A stretch of DNA of 64,000 nt from Octopus sinensis (taxonomy: Eukaryota). Of this stretch, positions 28,261-41,179 are shown one piece after another; position 1 is the first letter of the stretch, and each line of letters opens with the position of its first letter. The position numbers were made by a program, and so were the translations under genes. Below the pieces are notes generated by a model, which saw nothing but the letters and a program-made list of their open reading frames with translations, was not told where the DNA came from and ran no database searches. The stretch is from positions 52,886,001 through 52,950,000 of the forward strand of contig NC_043007.1 in NCBI RefSeq assembly GCF_006345805.1, written 5' to 3'.

Positions 28261-28929
28261 GATGAAATTTGTTTCTATGAACATCTTTTTTGGTATACAT
28301 TCTCTACATTCATATTATTATACAAATCAAATTCAATCAGTATTTACTTAAATCAACTTCTTACTTTGTGTGTGTGCACACTTGTTCCACATCTACTTTC
28401 TGTCTTCTGTCAACCTCTTTGTTAATGCTATTTTAATTCAATTTAGTTTAATTTTTGCTTGCTTCGTGTCTCCTTTTTGTCATCTTTCTCCTGTCATTCT
28501 CTTTGTTAATGCTTACCATGATGTTTGCTTATCTATGATGCCCTCGCCCTTTACCACCCCACCACCTATATCAGAAATCTCTCTTCTGTACTGGGTCCTT
28601 TCAAGGCAGCCCTTCCTTTGCCACCACCTCCACCCACCCAGTAGTGCCACCCACACTGCTGCAACACAAATGCTGTAGCTTCTTACTTCGCCTCAATGGA
28701 AACAAAAAATAAACATGACCATGCTGTACTCAGTTTATTAATTAGTCACTAACTATATATAACAAATCAACTAATCTACTCTTATCAATTATTTAACTTA
28801 TTTTATTTGACTGTTTTTATACTAAAATCCCTTGTACCAATGCTGTATAGCACCTAGACCCAGGGGAGCAGCAAGTATAATATGAATGATTGGAGATTAA
28901 ATGCGAGGACAACTGTTGTGACATGTTTG

Positions 28930-31900
28930 TTGGCAGATGCTCTTTAGACCTTCTTTTCAGATGCCGAAAGCCACAGTTCCCCTTCCTCATATTTCCTTCT
29001 TCCTCCCCATACATCCTCTCAGAGCTGGCATTGTCAATGTAGGCACATTGAAAAGTAGGTCTGGTGAGATTGTTGAGATGTTTGAATGGAGACATGTCGA
29101 TGTGTGCTGCATTCAAAAAGTTAGGTAGAGTGGATCTTCAGCCAAGTTCCTCACAGGCAAGAGTTGTAGGTATAAACTCTTCTGGGAGAGCAACAGTGAA
29201 GAGGTAGGAGGTGTGGGCATACTTCTAGCAGAGAAATGGATCAATAAGGTGATTGAAGTAGACAGAGCATGTAATAGGATATGTCTTAGACTAGTTTTAC
29301 AGAGATGCATAGCAACAACCATCTTTGCCTATGCCCCACCAACCGGGTCTGCCAAATGAACAAAAGGACAGCTTTTATAACATTCTTCTGCAGGCTACCT
29401 CAAAGACGAATTACAGTGACCATATCTTCATGGATGGTGAATTCAATGGACATGTCAGGCAGCACTCGGGTATTTTCCATGGAATTCATGGAGGCCATAA
29501 AATTGGTTCCCAAAATGAGGAGGGAACAAGACAGCAGCAGTTCAGTGGTGTGAATGACCTAATGATCTGCAACACCAACTTCAGGAAACCAGCCAGTCAC
29601 ATAATAACCTATAAATCTGGTGACCACACAAGCCAGATTGGCTACATTCTCATTAGAAAATGAGATTCATCGTCGCTCATAAATGCAAAGACTACCCCTA
29701 GTGAAGAATGTACCACTCAGCATAGATTAGTCATCAGTAATTTCAGATTACATGCAAGATGGATTCTAAGAAGCAAGACAGTTTGGAAAAGAAGAACCTG
29801 AAAGCTTAAGGATCATCTGAAAAGTTAGAGATTTGGAGAATCCTAACTAAATCATTTAATGAGCAGGAAGAGGAGTTATCCTCTGTGTTACAGAGGATAA
29901 CACAGGGGATAACTGGAAGTTCCTATGAGACAACTTAGTGAGAACCACAGACCAAATTTGTGGTTGGTGCAAAGTCCCAACCAGACCTGGGACCATTAGA
30001 GCAAAAAAATAGGACTGGAAGAGTAGTGGTAGTAAAGAACTATATCAGGAAGGGAACCCTTTACCTGGTTGTCCCACACACAAGAGAAGGGTATTTAAAC
30101 CCTGCTGCTAGTCTAGACTATAGCCCTCTCAATGTTGATCATCCAGCCTCAACTGTAACCCAACACCATCAAATTTGGTTACTTACATATGTGTGCACAC
30201 ATGTTTGTATTAACAGGAAGCAGCAGGGAACTGTAACAGATAATCAGAAGGGAAGTTAGGAGACAGGTATATCTAGCCAAGGGAGAAGCAGAAAAGACGA
30301 AGTTTTCCCCATATTCAGCATCGTGAGGACCAAAGAACTGAAGTATTTTGGATGGCAAGACAATGTGTGAGAGAAAATTGTGATGCCGAAGGAGAGAAAT
30401 GTGTCCACATGGATGATGGTGCACTCACTTTCAATGAGTCTGCAAAGAAAGAAGCTTGGAGATGCCATTATGAAAAACTGCTGAATGTGGAGAATGAATG
30501 GGAGGAGGGAAGTCTGCCAAATGTTGACCCAATTGAGGGACCAGCTACCCAAATTGACAGATTTGGTAGATAAAGCATTTAAGGAAATGAAGACAGGGAA
30601 AGCCCCCGGCTCATCAGGAATCACCGCTGAGATGCTTAGAATATCTGCCAGTGTGGGTTATGGTCTAGTCACCTGTATTGTAAATCAGGTGGTTCATGAA
30701 GGAGTCATACCCAATGACTGGAGTAGCAGCACCATAGTCAACTGCTACAAAGGCAAAGGCGATGCCTTAGATAGAAATAATTACAGAGGTATCAAACTGT
30801 TGGATCAGGTGATGAAAGTTACAGAGAGAGTCATAGCCCAATTAATTAGGGAGTGAGTTAGTCTAGATGTGATGCAGTTTGGTTTTGTGCCAGGTAGAAG
30901 CACTACTGACTCCATATTTCTGGTAAGATAACTGCAGGAGAAATACCCAGCCAAAAATAAACCTCTGTACTTGGCTTTTGTTGACTTGGAGAAAGCTTAT
31001 CGGTTCATCAATATGGAAACTAGGTTGAAATAAAATTCTTGCAGGATTTTAACTGTAAATGTACAGGGAACGAGCCACAAATTGTATCTTCAATAATGAT
31101 ACAAGCTGTAATCTCATTGATTCAACTGCTAGAAATAACAGTCAAATCTACTTACACTCTTCTGAAATTTTAAAAGAAACTAACATTGACTGATATAACT
31201 ACATACACTGTAAAAGAAAAGAATATAGGATGGTCATATCTTGAACACTTTTGATGATCAAATACTATAAAATAATTATACTTTAATCAAACATATTCTA
31301 ATATGTTCTAATATGCAACCAACATGTTTTAATATGCTAACATTTATAACCTTTTAAACATGTTCTTATACTTATTTTCAATTTGCTAATAGAAGCCAAA
31401 ACAAATTTATTCCCTTTCTCGCTCGCTTGAATAAAGCTTCTAATTCGAAGTGGTTGGTGAGAGTCATACATCCCTTGTACAGGGATGATATCAATAAGGT
31501 GAGGGTGGACAACAAGTACAGCAAAGAATTCAAATTAGACATAGGGTTTCACCAAGGATTGGTGTTCATCCCCCTCTTGTTCATCATAGTTCTCCCAGTA
31601 ATAACAGAGGAATTCAAGACAGGCTGCCCTTGGGAGCTCCTCTATGCTAATGACTTTGCTCTTATAATCGAATCACTACCTGAAGTAGAAACAGGGTTCC
31701 AGGTTTGGGTGCAAGGTCTAAAATTGAAGGGCCTTAGAGTTACCCTAGCCAAAACCAAAGTCATAGTAAGTAGGAAGGCAGTTAAATCACAAATCCCTTC
31801 AAGTTGGTGGCCTTGCTCAATCTGTAGAAAAGGTGTAGGTAGAAACTCAGTGTAAAGTTTGGACACATAAAAGGTGCAGCAACATCAGAGGAAGGTTAAC

Positions 31901-32600
31901 AGGGGAACTAACTTTTGTATGTGGAAGGTGCACAGGTACAATAAACGCTGAAAATAGACTCCATCAATTGCCAGTGGAGCAAGCTAGAGTTAGTAGATAG
32001 CTTCTGTTATCTAGATGACCAAGTTAATAATGGAGGTGGATGCTTCGAGAGCATAGCTGTGAGAATAAGATTAGACTGGGCAAAGTTCAGAGAGCTCCTA
32101 CCTCAGCTAGCAACAAAAGGCCTTTCTCTCAGAGTGAAAAGCAGATTGTTTGATGGCTGTGTGCAGACAGTGATGCTGCATGGCAGTGAAACATGGGCTA
32201 TGACAGCCAAGGACATGCATAGGTTTGAAAGAGATGAAGCTAGTGTGCTTCAGTGGATGTGCAATGTCAGTGTGCATGTTTGACAGAGTGTAAGCATCTT
32301 GACAGAAAAGTTAGGCTTAAGAGGAATCAGATGTGGTGTGCAAGAGAAATGACTGTGCTGGTATGGTCATGTAATGCATACGGACGAGAACAGCTAGGTA
32401 AAGAAATGCCAATCTCTAACTGTGGAGGGAACCTGTAGTAGAGGTAGACCCTAAAAGACATGGGACAAGATGGTGAAGCATAATCTTTGAACTTTGAGCC
32501 TCACAGAGACAATGACTAGTGACTGAGATCTTTGGCAATGTGCTATGCTGGTGGCATGTAAAGAACATCATTTGAATGTTGGGCCTCATGGATGCAAAGA
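28930..32600 (+). mobile_element. Degraded long RTE LINE (endonuclease to RT) with internal insertions
   Basis: GIVNVGTLKSRSGEIVEMFEWRHVDVCCIQ, ICNTNFRKP, NYRGIKLL, ELLYANDF. Unrelated inserts near 30040-30215 and 31010-31440. Confidence 0.85.
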
Positions 32601-32629
32601 GGCTGAGTTCCTCTTGAGCATTTGGCTTG

Positions 32630-33250
32630 ACAGTGGTTTATGTGGATTGTACCTCTAGTGGCAACAGTAAGACAGTATGTTGTTCTTGTTGATAAACACT
32701 GCATGTTGATGGAGTATGTATAGTCTCATGTGGAGACAGAGTTGGCAGTTGTGAGTTCCAGGTAAGGGAGAAAGGTGTGTTTGCCTCGATTGAAGTGATG
32801 TTGTTTAATCTAGAGTAACTGATCTTAACATTTGTAGAGATTGAAGAGTTTATAATGCCTGTGGATTCTGTGGAAAATTTTCAAGCTTCTAGCTATGTTA
32901 GTTGAGTGAAGGATTGAACTAGATTATCATTCTTTTTCTGACTCTCTTTGGGTTTGGGTGTGGTTTGTCCTGCATATATGCTAATTTATTGGTGAATCCA
33001 GAAAGTGACCCAGTTGAAAATCTCTTTCTGTCCAGTGATAATTTAGAGATTCTCCTATTTAAGCTTGTGATCTAGTTTTTAAATTATAACTGGGGAGTGG
33101 TGGGAATTTCTGAGCATGTAAACAGTTTCCTCCAAGTCTACTGCAAGTCTAGGAAGTTAACTTTTGTCAAATTGGTGGTAACTGCCATAAAAAAGCTGAA
33201 TTCTTTGAAGATCTTTATCAGATCCTTTCTAAATTTGTCTACTGCATTAA
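32630..33250 (-). mobile_element. Penelope-like fragment
   Basis: Minus strand reads RKRMII*FNPS...STNVKISYSRLNNI, the same region seen at 5770-5990 and 36770-36970. Confidence 0.55.
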
Positions 33251-33380
33251 CACCATGTGACCTGAGATACCCATTAGAGGTCTATCATCAAGAAGCCATC
33301 TTGAATTTGTCTCAAATATCTTACTTTTCTGATATCTGATAAGATGGGTGCATATATATATATATAATATATATATATAT

Positions 33381-33618
33381 AACGGTAAGCTTTATGAAAA
33401 TAGACAAAAGACGAAGGCAGGTTTACGGAAATAAACAAAAGGCAGGTGGAATACAAACAAACAATTGTATTAGTATGGCGCTCAGGAAATATAAATGAAA
33501 CAAGTCTTTAATGTTTCGAGTCTACACTCTTCAACAGAAAGATACACAGAGAAAAAAAACACAGAAAAAAGGAGAGAAAAAAATATACGTGCAAAAAGCT
33601 AGCGAATCAACATGGCAA

Positions 33619-33620
<2 letters not shown>
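33381..33620 (-). mobile_element. 240-bp mini-element with hammerhead-like motif, flanked by (TA)n
   Basis: Minus 33542-33505 reads TCTTT CTGTTGA A GAG TGTAGA CTC GAAA CAT T AAAGA. Homologous to 45551-45741. Confidence 0.6.
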
Positions 33621-33658
<38 letters not shown>

Positions 33659-34176
33659 TAGGTGGTTTGCTGTGCATGAAAAGTCACATCAAACTAGGTA
33701 AAAGTATGGTTGTCCCTGCATACAGGCTTGTCCCCTGAAACCCTCTTCAACAGAACATTCTTAATCTTGCAAGCTCGTAGGTGCTAATGCTATGTAAATG
33801 CACCTATGCTAGTGTTGTGTAAAAGCACCCAGTTAACTTTGTGAAGTGGTTGGCATTAGGAAGGGCATCTAGCCATAGAAACCATGCCAAAATGGACATA
33901 AATCTGGCAGCTCCTGTCATACTGTTCAACTCATGCCAGAGTAGAAAACAGACATTAAATGATGATGATGGTGATGATATATGCATATGAGTGCACACAT
34001 GTTTGTATTGACTAAATTTATTTCATCTGATGAAATGATGGTTCCCTAATAGTTAAACCTATACATGTTTCAAAATTGTGATTTTCATTCTTACATTGCA
34101 AACTGATGGTAGTATTTAGCATGCCATCTCCTTTTCATGGTTTGTGCTCATATACAGACTTTTGTCATTCAATCTA

Positions 34177-35464
34177 TCAGGTCATCCCATAATTTCTGTC
34201 CGATTTTACCTTTTTTAAAACTAAATGAAATTTAATAGTATTTTAGATTGTCTAATGGAATTAAAAATTATTTTTATGCATTTGTGTACATTTATACAAA
34301 TTAAATATTATTTTACAGAATAATAGAATTAAAATTTCTTTGATTAAAACCCTTTCTAACATGGAAGTATCCAAAGAACATTTAAGGCACATAATGCCTT
34401 ATGAGTACAAAAAAGGAAACTCTGCAGCCGAAGTGACTCAAAACATACACTCTGTTTATGGGAAAGAATGCTTGAATGAAAGAACTTGCAGAAGATGGTT
34501 TGCTAAATTCAGAACTGGAGATTTCAGCCTTGAAGATGAAGATCAAACAGGATGTCCAGCTGAGTTTGATGATAAGCTCCTTGAGGCATTACTTGAAGAA
34601 AATCCTGCATTATCAGTTGAAGAATTGGCAATAAAGCTTAGTTCAAACCATACAACTGTTCACCATCATCTTCAACAACTTGGAACAGTTCCTAAACTCG
34701 GAAAATGTGTGCCTCATGAATTGTCTGAAAGCAACTACAAATCCCAAGTTGACATCTGCTCTTCTCTCCATTCTCACAAACTCATTTCACCCTTTTTGGA
34801 TAGACTTGTGACTGATGATGAAAAATGGATCTTCTATCGAAATGTTAAACATTGTAAACAGTGGCTTGGTAAAAGGAAAAAATCTCAACAACAACCAAGA
34901 AGGGAATTTCATGGGATAAAGGTTCTTCTCTCTATCTGGTGGGATTGTAAAGGAGAAATTCACTTTGAATTGTTACCACCCAATGCAACAATCAATGCTC
35001 AAGTCTACTGTCAGCAATTAGAGCGTTTGAACCAAGCCTTAAAGAAAAAAAAACCTGCTTCAGTGAACAGAAAAGGAGTGACGTTTCATCAGGACAATGC
35101 ATGACCTCACACTGTAAAGATCACATCACAGAAGATCTAAGAGTTTGGTTGGGAAAAAATTCCTCATCTACCTTATTCTCCCAACCTTGCTCCTTCAGAC
35201 TACCATTTGTTTCATAGTTTACAGAATCATTTGGGGGACATAACTTTCGCAAGCCAGGAGGAGGTAGAAACTAACATTTCAGAGTTCTTCACTTTGAAAC
35301 CAAAAGAGTTTTACATTGATGGGATTAAAAAGCTTGTAAATAGATGGAAGGAAGTCATAGATAATCAGGGAAAGTACATTGATGATCAAATTTCAATGAA
35401 ATATCACAATTGATCACTTGTTTTCTTTATTCAAAATTCGGACAGAACTTATGGGATGACCTGA
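34177..35464 (+). mobile_element. Full-length mariner (DD34D), inactivated transposase
   Basis: TIRs TCAGGTCATCCCATAATTTCTGTCCG and CGGACAGAACTTATGGGATGACCTGA, TA on both sides, 1288 bp. ORF from ATG 34361 has TDDEKW, HQDNA, YSPNLAPSDY with 34 residues between the last two D. Two premature stops. Confidence 0.95.
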
Positions 35465-36174
35465 TATATGTCATCAGCATTTGTGTAAGAAACTACATCA
35501 TTGCAGCATTGGTATACTTTTACACTTGTTTGATGATGTTTCAGATCAAACAACCATATGCAAGGATGTGTTCTATGTATGTCAAATACATGGATGTCTT
35601 TCTTTTCCAACTATATCAAAAGATTTAATACAGAAAATTCTGTTGCCATCATGGAAATAGTTTTGTTTAATATGCACAAAAGGAATAGGTAGGAACTCCA
35701 TATGGTGTGCACAATGCAAACTATGGGTGCACAATGCAGACTATGGGTGCACAAGAAATGTACTAGAACTGCAGGTAGGCTGGTAGAAAATACTTTGACT
35801 GTAGTAAATGTACAAGAGTATGCTTTTAGATAAGGAGTAACATTTTTTCAATGTTTGAAGGCTTCACAGAAGTAGATGATAGCCAGCAGTGAAAGAGAGT
35901 AGACTGAAAGCATAGTAGCCAGAATAATAACAGGGTGGAAAGAGGTCACAGAGCTGTTATTATCTCAGCTGACAACAAAGTGATTCTCTTTTTGTGCAAC
36001 AGGAAGATTGTATATTGCTTGTGTACAAATTATAATGCAACAGGATTGAGAGACATGGGCAAAGACTGGAAGAAAATGAAGCAAGCTTGCTCCACTGGAT
36101 GTGCTAGAAAAGACCCTTCCAATGCATGCAAACATGAAAAAGTGGATATAAAACAAAAAAGCTAAGATACTTAC

Positions 36175-36338
36175 ACTGATACATGAAGAAGTTCTGGCAC
36201 TTGTTCATACTCTGCTGTTGCTGCTAATACATTTTCTTCTTCACATTCATCTGCCCCACAGTAATGAATTAATGATGGTGGTTTACCAGGGCGACCAGCA
36301 GCTATCATAACAACATGACATATCACGCCGTGAAAAGC
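36175..36338 (-). CDS. VPS54: VPS54 internal exon (164 nt, AFHGVICHVVMIAAGRPGKPPSLIHYCGADECEEENVLAATAEYEQVPELLHVS)
   Basis: Acceptor taattttcag, donor gtaagt, stop-free. Phase 2 end joins exon 14357 in frame. The N-terminus plausibly aligns to VPS54 RVK|ATLNIIHSVV, but homology is weaker than for the other exons. Confidence 0.75.
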
Positions 36339-36769
36339 CTGAAAATTAGGAAGTATAATATAAATGGAAACAAATCACAGAATTAGAATAGAATTTTATT
36401 AGATGCAGTCATGGCTGTGTAGGTATAGAATTTGTTTTGTTATCACATGGTCTCAAATTCTATTATACTGAGGAGTACTTTGGGCACACTATAGACTTGA
36501 ACAGACTACTGTAAGTTGATCTGATAAAATGATATGGTATGGGAGCCCATTGTTTGTTCATTTAATGCTAGTTTGCATGGGGAACTAATGTGAGTCATAA
36601 TTTTATAGCTGGATGGTCTTCTTGTCAACAACTTTTACCAAAAATATTTTAACTCACAGCAGAGACAACTAGAAAAATATTACAAGGAAATATGCCCAGT
36701 ATATAATAAGGCTCTAAAAGATAGTGGTTTTAGCCAGGAAATAACCTATACACCAGCCACTAGTCCAAT

Positions 36770-37440
36770 GATAAAGAAGAGGAAACAGGAATAGGAAAAC
36801 TATCAAGTTCACACCCACCTGCTCACCCGAGGTGACCTTCAATATAGGCAAGTATTTCTTAGCACTGATAGACATTTTCCAGTCAACCATACTTACAGAA
36901 AGCTCTTCAATAGACTTAACTTGAAAATCAGTTTCAGCTCTACTACCAATTTTAAAATATAATCGCACACAACACACAAAAACCACAATATGAAACCAAC
37001 TGTTCATGCAGGGATAAAAATTTGTGCCCGCTAAATGGAGTTTGCATGTCCAAGACCATCATTTATGAAGCCACCGTGGACTCTATATCCAATAAGGACA
37101 TGGTTTTGATGAAAAAATACGTGGGCCTTACATAGGGTAATTTCAAGGTTAGGTTCAATAATCACACCTTGAGCTTCAGGCATTGGGATAAAAGGAAAAC
37201 AACCAAATTATCCAGTCATATATGGTCCTTAAGAGATAAAGGTGTCAGTTACAACATCTATTGGAAGATCTTAGCCAAATGTAAGCTCTAGACCAATGGA
37301 AAGTGCAGTCTTTGTGATATGGAAAGATGGCTCATCTGGAAAAGCAGCTTAGACCCCCACCACATGTCTGAATTCAAGAACTGAACTTTTCGGATAATGC
37401 CGACACGTGGCTAAATATTTGTTACGTTTTTGGTCTCCCC
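36770..37440 (+). mobile_element. Penelope-like element 3' region with GIY-YIG endonuclease
   Basis: CSCRDKNLCPLNGVCMSKTIIYEATV...KYVGLT*GNFKVRFNNH...SSHIWSL...CSLC...NSRTELFG*CRH. Confidence 0.85.
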
Positions 37441-37799
37441 AAGATTATAGATAGGACTTGTACAAGCTTTTTATCTCTTTATACTTTTTACTTATATTTC
37501 TTATATATTTTTATATATATTTATATATTTTTTATACATATATTTTTTACATATTTATAGAGATATTGTTTTATAAGTTTATTGCTCATATATTTTTTTA
37601 CACATATTTTTTCTGTATTCTACCTTCCACCCTGCAATTTTCCCTGTGCGTATATAGATATGCATATGGAATCCTTTGTGCGTATATAGATGTGTGTGTG
37701 TGTGCATGCGAGTATGTGCGTATATAGATGTGTTTTACTCATTGTTTTTTTTACACATTTTCCTGTATTTTTGCCTTTAGCCCTGTTTTTCCTTATGCA

Positions 37800-38600
37800 T
37801 CATCATCATCATCATCATCATTTAGCGTCCGCTTTCCATGCTAGCATGGGTTGGACGGGTCAACTGGGGTCTGTGAAGCTGGAAGGCTTCGTCAGGCCCA
37901 GTCAGATCTGGCAGTGTTTCTACGGCTGGATGCCCTTCCTAACGCCAACCACTCCGCGAGTGTAGTGGGTGTTTTTTTACGTGCCACCTGCACAGGTGCC
38001 AGACAGAGCTGGCAAACGGCCATGAACGGATGGTGCTTTTACGTGTCACCGGCACGGGGCCAGGCGATGCTGGCAACGGACACGAACGGATGGTGCTTTT
38101 ACGTGCCACTGACACGGGGCCAGACAGAGCTGGCAAACGGCCACGAACGGACGGTGCTTTTACGTGTCACCGGCACGGGGGCCAGCCAAGGCTGGCAACA
38201 GACACGAACGGATGGTGTTTTTACGTGCCACCGACACGGGGCCAGACAGAGCTGGCAAACGGACAGTGCTTTTACGTGTCACCAGCACGGGGGCCAGCCG
38301 AGGCTGGCAACGGACACGAACGGATGGTGCTTTTACATGCCACGAACACGGGGCCAGACAGAGCTGGCAAACAGCCACGAACAGACGGTGCTTTTACGTG
38401 TCACCGGCCCGGGGGCCAGCCGAAGCTGGCAACGAACACGAACGGATGGTGCTTTTACGTGCCACCGACACGGGGCCAGACGGAGCTGGCAAACGGCCAC
38501 GAACGGACGGTGCTTTTACGTGTCACCGGCACGGGGGCCAGCCGAGGCTGGCAACGGACACGAACGGATGGTGCTTTTACGTGCCACCGACACGGGGGCA
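37800..38600 (-). mobile_element. RTE 3' tail carrying about 10 tandem 60-61-nt hairpin units
   Basis: Starts at the (CAT)n tail. The constant ggatggtgcttttacgtg recurs with alternating A/B bodies. Confidence 0.85.
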
Positions 38601-39017
38601 TGTGCGTATATAGACGTGTGTATGAACCTTTTTGGGGTGTGTGTGTGGGATTGTATATATATATTTTTCAGCGGCTGGTGTGGATGAGAATGTGTATGTT
38701 TCAAGTGAGGGTGGATGAGTGTATACTTATAGGTGCATGTACGTGGGTGGGCGCGCATGTGTAGGTATGGCCATGTGCACTTACGCGAATACTATGTACA
38801 TTTTTACCCCACTTACTTTTACTCTCTCCCCTCACTTAGCGGTAGGTATGGACATGCGCGCTTATGCAAATACTATGTACATTTTTACCCACTTACTTTT
38901 ACTCCCTCCCCTCACATAGAGGTCATTCAAATAGCTCTTTTGTCTTAATAACGGTCAACTACACATTAATTTTCCTTTGTTTAACGGTCATTTTCATAGC
39001 ATTTTTTCTGATGGCCG

Positions 39018-39078
39018 GATAACTGAAGAGATGGCAGTGAGGATTTCCACCCAGACATCCGAAACTCGGAGTTTTGTC
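39018..39078 (+). ncRNA. Minimal type I hammerhead ribozyme motif
   Basis: GATAA CTGAAGA GATG..CATC C GAAA CT CGG AG T T TTGTC. Lies downstream of the Penelope GIY-YIG relic on the same strand. Confidence 0.55.
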
Positions 39079-39097
39079 ATGGCTACTGAATAATTGT

Positions 39098-39136
<39 letters not shown>

Positions 39137-39337
39137 GATTCATTTGAATTGGGTACTTAAATTGAGCCACCTTAAACAGACCGATAGAGTAAGTACAAGG
39201 CTTACAAAGAATAAGTCCTGGGGTCGATTTGTCTGACTAAAGGTGGTGCTCCTGCATGGCCACAGTCAAATGACTGAAACAAATAAAATTTAAAAAAAGA
39301 ATAAAAGAACATACATGCATGCATACATACATATATA

Positions 39338-40595
39338 CAGGGTTGGACAAAATAATGGAAACACCTAGCACCATAATTTTGAAGTATCAATAAAACCATC
39401 AAAAGTTTGTTCATTTTCATATTTTTTATTATTTATTATTAGTGTTGCTTAACATGTTTTGTTAAAATTGCTGTTTCTTTTCAGATATCATCAGAAAAAA
39501 GTAATTAAAATTCATTAAAATGACAGATCCACCGACTTTCAAAGCGGTCAAATTGTTGGCGTTCAGATGGCAGGTGCTAGCATGATGAAAACAGCTGAAA
39601 TGTTTGGTGTATCAAGAAGTATTGTCTCAAAAGTAATGACAGATTTTGAGAATGACGGAAACGTTGAAACAAAACTACGGAAGAAAACCAAAACTTTCAG
39701 ATAGAGATCGTTGGACTCTTACGCGAATTGTTAGAAAAGATCACAAAAGTACAGCTATCAAAATTACTATAGAGCTTGATGACCACCCCGAGAACCCAGT
39801 TTCCACAAAAACTGTTCACCAGGAGCTGTACAAAACCAGATTTCATGGGAGGGCTGCAATCAGAAAACCACTATTTTCAAAAACAAACACTGCAAAGCAT
39901 TTAGAGTAGAGAAAAAGACCTATAGAATTGGTCTCTAGAGCAGTGGAAGAATGTTATTTTCTCTGACAGGTCATCCTTTACCTTATTTCCGACCAACGGC
40001 TGAGTATATGTGTGGAGACAGCTAAAAGAAGCATTTGACCCAGACTGCCTTCTTCCAGCTGTTAAACATGGAGGAGGATCTGTGATGATCTGGGGGGTGG
40101 CTATATCTTGGAAATCCGCCAGACCAATGGTTTCCTTTCATGGCAGAATTAATAGTCAAGACTATTTAAGCATTTTATCTGATCAAATTCATCCTATGGT
40201 TGCGGAACTGTTTCCAGGGGGAACCGCAGTCTTTCAGGATGATAATGCACCACTTCACACAGCTAAAGTTGTTACTGAATGGCACAAGGAACATTGTAGT
40301 GAAGCTGAACATTTCATCTGACCACCACAGTCCTCAGATCTCAATATTATTGATCATTTATGGTGCATTTTAGAAAAACAAGTAAGGAGTCAATATCCTC
40401 CACCATCATCACTACAAGAACTGGAGACTGTTTTAGCTGAAGAATGGACAAAAGTTCCTTTGGAAACAATTCAAATTTTGTATGAGCCCATACCTCATAG
40501 AATTCAAGCTGTAATTACTGCCAAAGGTGGTACTACCCCATATTAAAATAAATTTCTAAGAAATTTTAAAGTGTTCCCATTATTTTGTCCAACCC

Positions 40596-40598
<3 letters not shown>
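39338..40598 (+). mobile_element. Tc1-like transposon with both TIRs, inactivated
   Basis: TIRs CAGGGTTGGACAAAATAATGGAAACAC and GTGTTCCCATTATTTTGTCCAACCCCTG, TA flanks, 1261 bp. Motifs FQRGQIVG, VKHGGGSVMIWG, QDDNAPLH, PPQSSDLNIIDHLW. Confidence 0.93.
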
Positions 40599-40624
<26 letters not shown>

Positions 40625-40629
<5 letters not shown>

Positions 40630-41125
40630 TTATCATCATCATTGTTTAACATCTGTTTTCCATGCTAGCATGGGTTGGATGGTTCGACTGGGGTCTGGGA
40701 AGCCAGGAGGCTGCACCAGGAGGCTGCACCAGGAGGCTGCACCAGGAGGCTGCACCAGGAGGCTGCACCAGGCTCCAGTTTGATTAGGCAATGTTTCTAC
40801 AGCTTGATGCCCTTCCTAACGCCAACCACTCTGTGAGTGTAGTGGATGCATTTTACGTACCACTGGCACAGGGACCAGGAGGCTGGTAATGGCCACAATC
40901 AGTTGATGCTTTTTACATGCCACTGGCATGGAAGCTAGTCAAGGCAGCACTGGCATTGGCCACGTTCAGATGATGGCACAGGTATCTCAATTACAATTTC
41001 CATTTGATTTTCATTTTGATGTTGATGTACTTGACTCAATAGGTCTCCTCAAGTACAGCAGGTCGCCCTACGATCCAAGGTACTTTTGAATGGGCTGGGG
41101 CTAGATATGCAAAACTGTTGTAGGA
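40625..41125 (-). mobile_element. RTE 3' UTR fragment with a 13-bp expansion
   Basis: (CAT)n tail. ccaggaggctgca occurs five times at 40703-40767. 41040-41125 matches the inverse of the 17690 3' UTR. Confidence 0.75.
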
Positions 41126-41179
41126 TACAGCTCACTTTATTTGCTGGGTCTTCGCAGTTACAGCATAGTACACAGATTA

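Noticed and set aside
37851-38764. CRISPR-like array, or 244-278-aa repeat proteins
   Set aside because: The intervening segments are alternating repeats rather than unique spacers, there are no cas genes, and the context is eukaryotic. The ORFs are by-products of a GC-rich tandem repeat.
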